64,000 bases of DNA from an uncultured Methanosarcinales archaeon (GTDB lineage Archaea > Nanobdellota > Nanobdellia > Woesearchaeales > 21-14-0-10-32-9): the NCBI GenBank assembly GCA_964501945.1, contig CAZCTY010000001.1, forward strand, positions 49,187-113,186. Reading direction: 5' to 3'. Below, one piece after another: positions 57,045 through 64,000 of the stretch; within the stretch, counting starts at the first letter, position 1; the number at the start of each line of letters is the position of its first letter. The position numbers and the translations under genes were made by a program. The notes beneath the pieces are model-generated. The model had not been told where the DNA came from. It worked only from the letters and a program-made list of their open reading frames with translations, and searched no databases.

Positions 57045-57078
57045 AACTAATTCATAAATAACTTAATTAGTGTAATAA
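57045..57078. repeat. Right copy of the perfect 34-bp inverted repeat (aactaattcataaataacttaattagtgtaataa)
   Basis: Exact reverse complement of 55516..55549. Confidence 0.75.
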
Positions 57079-57262
57079 ATTAAATTTATTGTTTAATGAA
57101 GTATTGTGGTTTATGAAGTGTTGTGTTTTTTAAAATATTGTTTTTTTATAATTATTGTGGGATATGTAATTGTGAATTAGCGGTATTGTGGACGAGAAAA
57201 ACTAAAAAAAACAATTTATGCGTAGAAAAAACTAAAAAATAAGAATGAAAAACAACGAAAAA

Positions 57263-58336
57263 TCAATTTTTATGATTATCAAAAGGCTCTAAGAAATTAC
57301 TAAGTTGTTGATTTACCATGATAAAAGTCGTACGCTTACTAAACTCACGCAGATTCCTCGCACCGATATAAGTTCCCGTACTACGAAGAGAACCAAGAAC
57401 TTCCTGAACGAAATTATTAACGTCGCCTTTGTAAGGCACCTCTGTAGTTCTACCTTCGCTCGCGCGATGCTCATCAACTTTTCCGTAGAATTTGTTCATA
57501 GCGGTTTTTGAGCTCATCCCGAAGTGTTCTTTGAATTTTTGACCATTCTTTTCAATCAAGTCTCCTCCGCTCTGCTCATAACCTGCAAACATAGAACCAA
57601 CCATGACAAAGTCAGCTCCACCACCAAAAGCCTTTGCAATACACGAAGGGCTGGTAATTCCTCCATCACTCATAATTCTCCCAGCGCCTTCTCCTTTGCT
57701 TATGCCGTGAGCAGCGTCTCCGCATTCTATTACTGCGCTTAGCTGAGGATAGCCAACACCTGTTTGTTTTCGCGTTAGACAAGCACTACCACTCCCAATA
57801 CCAATTTTTACTATGTCTGCCCCTTCTAATAATAATTGTTCTGTTATCTCATTTGTTACAACGTTACCAGCAATTATTATATGCTCAGGGCATAAGCTTC
57901 TGAGTTTTTTTACTGCGCCTGAAAATCTTTCTAAGTATCCGTTAGGAACATCTAAACAAAGAAAGCTAAAGTTATCTAACAATTTTTTTTCTTTCATAAA
58001 ATGTAATTTTTCAAAGTCCTCATCTCTAATACCTAAGGTGTATGCTACATAATCAGGATTGTTAAATTCTTGAAAGAATTTTTCAAATTCTTCAACGGAG
58101 TAAAATTTATGAAAAGCAGTAATCATTTTGTGTTTGCTTAACGCATGCGCCATGCCAAACGTTCCTGAAGTTGCCATGTTCGCCGTGATTATAGGAATAC
58201 CGGTCCAAGTCTTAGGCGAGTGTAAGAATTTAAATGTACGCTCTAAAACAACATCTTTTCTAGATGTTAGGGTGCTTCGCTTCGGCCTTATTAATACGTT
58301 CGAAAAATCTAACTTGGGTTCATGATCTATTCTCAT
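57263..58336 (-). CDS. guaC: GMP reductase
   Basis: The protein aligns along its whole length with GuaC (LDFSNVLIRPKRSTL, GIPIITANMATSGTFGMA, CLDVPNGY, IIAGNVVT, GADIVKIGIGSGSACLTRKQTGVGYPQLSAVIECGDAAHG, SDGGITSPSCIAKAFGGGADFVMVGSMFAG). It is 357 aa and has no CBS insert. Confidence 0.88.
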   Translation of the reverse strand: MRIDHEPKLDFSNVLIRPKRSTLTSRKDVVLERTFKFLHSPKTWTGIPIITANMATSGTFGMAHALSKHKMITAFHKFYSVEEFEKFFQEFNNPDYVAYTLGIRDEDFEKLHFMKEKKLLDNFSFLCLDVPNGYLERFSGAVKKLRSLCPEHIIIAGNVVTNEITEQLLLEGADIVKIGIGSGSACLTRKQTGVGYPQLSAVIECGDAAHGISKGEGAGRIMSDGGITSPSCIAKAFGGGADFVMVGSMFAGYEQSGGDLIEKNGQKFKEHFGMSSKTAMNKFYGKVDEHRASEGRTTEVPYKGDVNNFVQEVLGSLRSTGTYIGARNLREFSKRTTFIMVNQQLSNFLEPFDNHKN

Positions 58337-58471
58337 AAAAATATAAGAATTTTAAGAAGTATATTAAAGTTTCTCAAAAACAAGAAAATTTGTCACCATT
58401 AATAAATAGAAAATTTTATATAGGTGATAGGTTTTAACAAAAATAATAGCTAAAATCAGGGAAAAATTACT

Positions 58472-58969
58472 ATGCAAAATGAAGATTCTATACAAGACCA
58501 ACAATTATTCCACTTAATTAAAAATATAGCAAATAGAACTGAAAACGGGGTAGAAACAAACCTAATAGTGGGATATAGCTTGTTTAAAGCACTATCAAGA
58601 TATGAACCAGAATCACAAAATATATCACCAGAACAAGCAAAATTCGATGAAATAAAACAAGTTTACAGAGAACTAAAACAAAATCTACAATACTGCATAA
58701 AACACGGAGGACAAAAAACATTTTTGAACCTTATTCCAACAGAAGGAGTCATGCGAGAGTATGCAACAGAACAAATGAAACCGAGAAGCAAATTACTAGA
58801 ACAAATAGTTAGAACAAACTCTTTTCAACGAGCAGAGAAAAACTTCGGAGACTACGTAGAGACAAAAGCAGACAAATTACAAGAAATAGTTTTAGATAGA
58901 GGAGAGTTTAAAGGAAATAAGAATACACTCACAAACGATTATGAGGCAGTTTTAAAATCATTTTTATAA
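58472..58969 (+). CDS. Hypothetical protein (165 aa)
   Basis: Open reading frame with typical composition. No recognisable motif. Confidence 0.4.
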   Translation: MQNEDSIQDQQLFHLIKNIANRTENGVETNLIVGYSLFKALSRYEPESQNISPEQAKFDEIKQVYRELKQNLQYCIKHGGQKTFLNLIPTEGVMREYATEQMKPRSKLLEQIVRTNSFQRAEKNFGDYVETKADKLQEIVLDRGEFKGNKNTLTNDYEAVLKSFL

Positions 58970-58996
58970 AAAAACAGTTTTTTTGAGGGGGAAGTA

Positions 58997-60613
58997 ATGA
59001 CTAATGCAAACCAATACCACAATATATATGTGCCTTTAGCAGACGTAATAGATTTATCAGGACCAGGAGTCTTAAAAGAGTTCGAACCTAAAGCAGAAGA
59101 TGAAAAAAACTTAATTGTTTTACATGAAGGGATGAAAAAAGAGCTTACAAGATTAAAAAATAGAGGCTCAGTCGCCGCAAGAGATTTTCTAAGAGAAATG
59201 CAACAATCAACAGATAAAATAAGTTGGAATGAATCAAAACCAGATGACTATGTAATACATAATATTTCAAGCAAATTAGATGTTGCCTTTTTGAAAGGAG
59301 AGATAAGAAATGAAGCCGAATTTAAAGGACTTGAAGATAGAATAAAAAAAACATGGTCAGCAACAGATTTAGATGAAAAAAATCCATATACAAAACCAAT
59401 ATTTATCACAACGAAAGATGAAGATGTAATAGATTTAAAACACCAAAAAATAATATCACAAAAACCAGACTTTTTAATAGTGGATTCAGATGTAGTAAAA
59501 AAAGGAGTTGTAACAGCGACGTCTTCAAAATTCATACAAAGAATCTTCTCTGACCCGAATAATACTATGAGCTTAGATGAGGCAATAGACTTAATAAGAC
59601 CGCAAGGAGATGTATTATACCCGAATCAATTCATAAGAATAAGGGGGGGAGGCGAGGAACAATACGCAAAAGTAGCATGCGATTTAATAAAATCACCATC
59701 AGGAAAAATAATAGGATATGAAAATGCACGAGTCGAACTTTTTGGAAAAAAAGAATACGGAAAAGAAATTAAAATAGGAGAGCGTAGAAGAACGCCAGAC
59801 ATTTTAGGAATCACGCCACAAGACATGGAACAATACATAGCATTCCAACACATGTTCTACAACCAAGACGTAGAAGTAGTATTTTTAACAGGATACGCAG
59901 GCTCAGGAAAAACATTACTATCATATGCGGCAGCAATAGACCACGTACTACAATACGATAAAGAAGTAGCTAAATTAAGAGGTAGTGGACTAGACAAATA
60001 TGGAAAAGAGAGAAGAAGCTTTTTTGATAAAGCACTACTAATAAAACCAGACGACTTCGTCGGAGGCAGAAACCCAGGATGGCTACCAGGAGATTTGTTT
60101 AAAAAATTAAAAGATCACTTCAAACCATTTCTACACGCACATGAAGAGACAGTTTTAGATGAGACTATGAGATTTGATGATTTATTTGCACACCCAAAAA
60201 GAGGCAACGATTATTTTGAAAAACCAAGAGAGGAGGGTGTGAGTAGAGCAAAAATAAATGGCGAGGCATATTTACCTTCAAAAAATGAAGCATTAGTACC
60301 AATACACATAGGACATATAAGAGGAGCATCAATGAAACACTTAATAGTAGTTGATGAACCATCAAATCTAACACCCTACGAGATGAAAACACTCATGGAG
60401 AGAGCAGCACCAGGCTCTAGAATATTCATATCAGGAGACCCAAAACAAGTAGATAACCCGAGATGCACAACGGATATAAATGGATTAACACACGCAGTAA
60501 AACACTACCTGCCATCACCAATCTCAGCAGTACTACACCTAACAAGAAATTACAGATCAGCAGCCGCAGAACACGCTAGAACGTGGAACGTGTACCAAGA
60601 CTCACACCAATAA
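58997..60613 (+). CDS. PhoH-like ATPase with N-terminal PIN-like domain (YlaK-type)
   Basis: The N-terminus NIYVPLADVIDLSGPGVLKEFEP...NLIVLHEGMKKELTRLK is a PIN-like pattern. Walker A is VVFLTGYAGSGKTLLS. PhoH-family motifs are HLIVVDEPSNLTPYEMKTLMERAAPGSRIFISGDPKQVD and NGLTHAV. Confidence 0.75.
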   Translation: MTNANQYHNIYVPLADVIDLSGPGVLKEFEPKAEDEKNLIVLHEGMKKELTRLKNRGSVAARDFLREMQQSTDKISWNESKPDDYVIHNISSKLDVAFLKGEIRNEAEFKGLEDRIKKTWSATDLDEKNPYTKPIFITTKDEDVIDLKHQKIISQKPDFLIVDSDVVKKGVVTATSSKFIQRIFSDPNNTMSLDEAIDLIRPQGDVLYPNQFIRIRGGGEEQYAKVACDLIKSPSGKIIGYENARVELFGKKEYGKEIKIGERRRTPDILGITPQDMEQYIAFQHMFYNQDVEVVFLTGYAGSGKTLLSYAAAIDHVLQYDKEVAKLRGSGLDKYGKERRSFFDKALLIKPDDFVGGRNPGWLPGDLFKKLKDHFKPFLHAHEETVLDETMRFDDLFAHPKRGNDYFEKPREEGVSRAKINGEAYLPSKNEALVPIHIGHIRGASMKHLIVVDEPSNLTPYEMKTLMERAAPGSRIFISGDPKQVDNPRCTTDINGLTHAVKHYLPSPISAVLHLTRNYRSAAAEHARTWNVYQDSHQ

Positions 60614-61222
60614 AAGAAATAAATAAGCCAAACCAAAATATAAGGCTTCAAGAAAAATAGATAAGAAACTAGACATAATAAAAATAGCAAAAAGCATAGG
60701 ATATACTTCTCGCCAAGTCAAACTATAAATAGATGTTAATAACAAATACAAAAAGATAGATGTAATAATAGCATCAACTAAGAAAATAGGCGTACCTGCA
60801 AAAACAAGAAAAGCACTCAAAAAAAAGCCCACAATTAAACTTTCTTTAAATGAGGAAACATCTTGCTTGATACGAGCCCTATAACCTCTAAGAAACCAAT
60901 GAAGAACGGACGCAATAAAAAAACTATAAAATAAGAATAAAACAAGGCTAGGAACAATAGAAACAAAACTCCCAGTATCAAATAAAAACCAATAAATAAC
61001 AAGAAAAATAAAAATACCGGTAGTGTACAAATAAAAGTATTTAGCAAAAAAAGACAAAACAAGATCAAAACCCTTAGACGAAAAACTCTTAGTTTCCTCT
61101 AAAGTCTCATCAATTAAAGATTCCTCAACACCAAGCTCTAAGAATTTACGCTTAATAAAATCATCATCAATTCTTTTTTTCCTCAAATCAATAATACTTC
61201 TGCGAAGCTCACCTTTTTTCAT
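60602..61222 (-). CDS. Polytopic membrane protein, unknown function
   Basis: Charged N-terminal 45 aa followed by 5-6 hydrophobic helices. Convergent 12-nt overlap with the PhoH-like gene. Confidence 0.5.
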   Translation of the reverse strand: MKKGELRRSIIDLRKKRIDDDFIKRKFLELGVEESLIDETLEETKSFSSKGFDLVLSFFAKYFYLYTTGIFIFLVIYWFLFDTGSFVSIVPSLVLFLFYSFFIASVLHWFLRGYRARIKQDVSSFKESLIVGFFLSAFLVFAGTPIFLVDAIITSIFLYLLLTSIYSLTWREVYPMLFAIFIMSSFLSIFLEALYFGLAYLFLLLV

Positions 61223-61338
61223 AAAATAAAAATAAAAAGCCAGGCTTTAAATATTTTTATACTAAAGATAAAAATAAAAAAAGCTAAGAAAATCAAAAAA
61301 TTATATAAACAAAGAACAAAATATAAAAAAATAAGAAG

Positions 61339-62103
61339 ATGAAAATGAAAATAATAACGATAATAACACTATTACTTCTAGTAGCTCTAACAAGCTGCAC
61401 AACACAAGAACAAGTAACAATACCAGAAGAGAAACAAGTAAGACTCGATATAAACCTCGGATTTACACCGAATATAAACCCAGAGTTTAACGCATCAATG
61501 ACAACACCATCACCAAGCCTTTACGCATACAAAGAAAACGAAACCGAGAATATAATAGCGCACGACACAAGATTATACAAATTCAGCCATTACAAAATAG
61601 AACCAGAAAACGAAGAAAAATACGAAGTAACAAAGAATAATTACACATTAAACCTAACCCAAAATTACACGGTGACAGCATTTTTCGGATGCCAAATAAC
61701 ACAAGCATGCAATAAAGTGAGCATATGCGAAAATAATAAGTGCAAATCAATAATCGAACAAGAACCACAACCAAAAGCAACAATAACTAAACCAAACTCA
61801 ACAATACGAATAGATGAAACGCTCGCAACAAGAATAGATAATATACTAAAACAACTAAAATTTGAAAACATAGAGCACCAAACATTTGAAGAAATGACAA
61901 TAAATCAAACACACAACCAAACAACAATAGCAATATTCGAACAAGAAATAGCAATAATTAGAGGTAAAGACACAGACCTCGCCCAAGGCGTATTTGAAAG
62001 ATTAATAAAAGATACACTAATAGGTCAAGGAATAGATGAGGCACAAATAAAAAATATAAGAAGCAACCAATTAAGACGAGATTTATATGAAATATTTATA
62101 TAA
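61339..62103 (+). CDS. Putative secreted lipoprotein
   Basis: MKMKIITIITLLLLVALTSC is a lipobox-like signal. The mature part is N-x-S/T-rich with two Cys pairs. Confidence 0.5.
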   Translation: MKMKIITIITLLLLVALTSCTTQEQVTIPEEKQVRLDINLGFTPNINPEFNASMTTPSPSLYAYKENETENIIAHDTRLYKFSHYKIEPENEEKYEVTKNNYTLNLTQNYTVTAFFGCQITQACNKVSICENNKCKSIIEQEPQPKATITKPNSTIRIDETLATRIDNILKQLKFENIEHQTFEEMTINQTHNQTTIAIFEQEIAIIRGKDTDLAQGVFERLIKDTLIGQGIDEAQIKNIRSNQLRRDLYEIFI

Positions 62104-62108
62104 AAAAA

Positions 62109-64000
62109 CTAATCATACTTCTTCTCAACAACATCATTAATCTTCTTAGCCTTCTTCTCACCAACTAAGTCAACCTTTCTCAAATCAGAAACATCGGCAT
62201 TAATAACGCTTTTAACAGAACCAAAACGCTTCAACAAATAAGGCGCAATCCTAGCACCAACACCAGGAAGACTAGAAACAATGAACTCTTGACGCTCCCT
62301 ATCAGATAACGGCTTTGAGGAATGATACTGAAAATCCTTAGACTCAGGATTTTGCTCCTTTTCCGCAATAAATAACAAATAAGAGGCAGTATCTTTAGGA
62401 TTTTTAGTAAAAATAATAGGAATCTTAAAAACAGACGTTAGAGTATAAACCATGCCACGAATAGCATTAGAATGAACACGACGCTGAGCATAAATGTCCT
62501 CAGAACCCTCAACGATAAATAAAGGCCTACTATACTGCTTCAAATCTTTCGCTTGAGAGAGCAAACGACCATCAACAATACTATCAACAAAATCCTTAAC
62601 AGTTTTAAACTCAACAACACAATCCTCACTTAGATGAAAATCACCCACCTGCAAACTCTCAAGCTCTAAACTAACACCCAAATTAAGCAAAGCCTTCATA
62701 ACAGCAGAACCCTTCTCACGATAATCAACCAATAAAGTCACGTTTTTACTATCAAAATCAACAAGAGACTTTTGAGGCGCACGATCCATAGACGAAACCT
62801 TACGCTTAATATTATCAAGAACACGATACATCCTCTTCTCCTTATGATGCGCAACCCACCTAGTATTCTCATCACGAGTATCCCTAGTTAAAAGAACAAC
62901 AACCCTACCAGCCTTATGACGCCCAGTCCTACCACGACGCTGAACAGTCCTAATAGCACTAGGAACAGGCTCATAGAAAATAACAAGATTAACCTCAGGA
63001 ATATCCAAACCTTCCTCACCAACACTGGTCGCAACCAAACAACTAAAACCATTATCACGAAACTTATCAATCATAGCCTTCTGATTCTTCTGAGAGAGCC
63101 CAGTATTATTCTTCTTAGCCTGACCAGTAAACAACTCACTTTTAACAAAACAAGAATCAAGCAACTCCTTAATTTTAACACCACTCTCCCTAAACTGAGT
63201 AAAAACAATAATTCTAGACGAAGGATTCTTTTCAAGCTCACCTAAAACCAAAGACTTAACAGAATCAATTTTAGGATGAGAATAATCCCTATCTTTAATC
63301 GCTTTTGCCGCGATTAAAGCAGAACGAAAATTAACATCACGAACCAAGTTCTTAACAGCACGAGTATTAGAAGATAAAGCTTGCTTTTCCAAACCCTCAA
63401 GATATGCAACCAACGGATGAATGCCCTGCGTTTCAACAAGATCTTGCGCGTGCTGAACCTTTAACGCCTCACTTAACAAACTAATAGTCTTTAAAACCTC
63501 AAAATTCTTCTCACCAACCGCGACCTTACCATGAAGCTCAGAGACCAATTTTAAAAGAGCAGTCTTAGAATAAGCAGACTTATCACTAATATAACCAAGA
63601 ACAGCAGCATCTTTTAATTTAGAATCAAAACATTTGTCGAGAAACATTTTAACACGCTTAAGCTCATCAGGCAAATCAACTTTTACATACTCAACATCCA
63701 AATCCTGAACATAAAGAGAAACATCAGGAGAATCAACAGAACGATACTCAACCTCCTCAATACCAAGATTACGACAAACATCAAGAATGGTCTCCTCATC
63801 ACTACCAGGACTCGCAGTTAAACCAAGAACACGAGGATTATTAGCAACCTCCAAATACTTTTTAGCAATAAAAACATAAGAATAATCCCCAACCGCGCGA
63901 TGAGCCTCATCAAAAACAATGAGGGACACGTCTTTTAAAGAGATACGATTACTAATAACATCATTCTCAAAACCCTGAGGAGTACTCACAAACAAATTAT
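62109..64000 (-). CDS. hef: Hef (helicase plus ERCC4/XPF-type nuclease) DNA repair protein; N-terminus lies beyond the window
   Basis: Helicase motifs LIVFDEAHRAVGDY, LGLTASPG and VATSVGEEGLDIPEVNLVIFYEPVPSAIRTVQRRGRTGR. The ERCC4 nuclease segment is LLVDYREKGS...LQVGDF...FKTVKDFVDSI. The HhH2 segment is SSLPGVGARIAPYLLKRFGSVKSV. The frame stays open to base 64000. Confidence 0.85.
   Translation of the reverse strand, partial: NLFVSTPQGFENDVISNRISLKDVSLIVFDEAHRAVGDYSYVFIAKKYLEVANNPRVLGLTASPGSDEETILDVCRNLGIEEVEYRSVDSPDVSLYVQDLDVEYVKVDLPDELKRVKMFLDKCFDSKLKDAAVLGYISDKSAYSKTALLKLVSELHGKVAVGEKNFEVLKTISLLSEALKVQHAQDLVETQGIHPLVAYLEGLEKQALSSNTRAVKNLVRDVNFRSALIAAKAIKDRDYSHPKIDSVKSLVLGELEKNPSSRIIVFTQFRESGVKIKELLDSCFVKSELFTGQAKKNNTGLSQKNQKAMIDKFRDNGFSCLVATSVGEEGLDIPEVNLVIFYEPVPSAIRTVQRRGRTGRHKAGRVVVLLTRDTRDENTRWVAHHKEKRMYRVLDNIKRKVSSMDRAPQKSLVDFDSKNVTLLVDYREKGSAVMKALLNLGVSLELESLQVGDFHLSEDCVVEFKTVKDFVDSIVDGRLLSQAKDLKQYSRPLFIVEGSEDIYAQRRVHSNAIRGMVYTLTSVFKIPIIFTKNPKDTASYLLFIAEKEQNPESKDFQYHSSKPLSDRERQEFIVSSLPGVGARIAPYLLKRFGSVKSVINADVSDLRKVDLVGEKKAKKINDVVEKKYD

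Noticed and set aside
55516-57078. Autonomous IS element or transposon
   Set aside because: No transposase, integrase or recombinase-like ORF lies inside or adjacent to the inverted-repeat-bounded segment, so only a non-autonomous or cassette-type element is proposed.
1-64000. tRNA/rRNA/other structured ncRNA genes
   Set aside because: I scanned all intergenic regions for GC-rich, cloverleaf-compatible stretches. None stand out from the AT-rich background, and no rRNA-like conserved blocks were seen.

Overview
This is an AT-rich window (roughly one-third GC by eye) with archaeal hallmarks: an archaeal-type uS2, a Hef helicase-nuclease, a Sec11-type signal peptidase with a catalytic His, frequent TTG/GTG starts and leaderless-looking promoters. 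It probably comes from a small-genome DPANN-like archaeon. Housekeeping genes sit at both edges. On the left are a DEAD-box helicase C-terminal fragment, a PAS histidine kinase and rps2. On the right are guaC, a PIN-PhoH ATPase and hef. The approximately 50 kb between them is an accessory region dominated by secreted and membrane-anchored surface proteins. The centrepiece is a roughly 33.7 kb minus-strand gene string (15191..48870) in which almost every junction is a 1-17 nt overlap, often ATGA. In transcription order it encodes two tandem ribbon-helix-helix regulators and a 995-aa PKD-domain membrane protein. Next come a 1377-aa membrane-anchored HerA/VirB4-like (DUF87-type) P-loop ATPase with a large extracellular domain, and two coiled-coil proteins. 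The string ends with five huge secreted proteins (2468, 1903, 595, 581 and 2469 aa) built from tandem beta-sandwich modules. Its flanks carry a divergent membrane-tethered wHTH regulator and a convergent Sec11-like signal peptidase with an unusual N-terminal extension. A roughly 70-aa cytoplasmic module (core KNDF-A/Y-x-W) recurs in at least six different proteins in the window. Two paralogous three-gene secreted-protein cassettes (A-B-C) occur at 10441..12931 and 52392..54731, plus a solo B copy. The B and C proteins are homologous to the C-terminal approximately 200 aa of the giant proteins. A 1.5 kb two-gene cassette (B3 plus a double-HTH regulator) is bounded by perfect 34-bp inverted repeats (55516..55549 / 57045..57078). 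Several promoter regions carry repeat arrays. I found no tRNA, rRNA, CRISPR array, transposase or reverse transcriptase.
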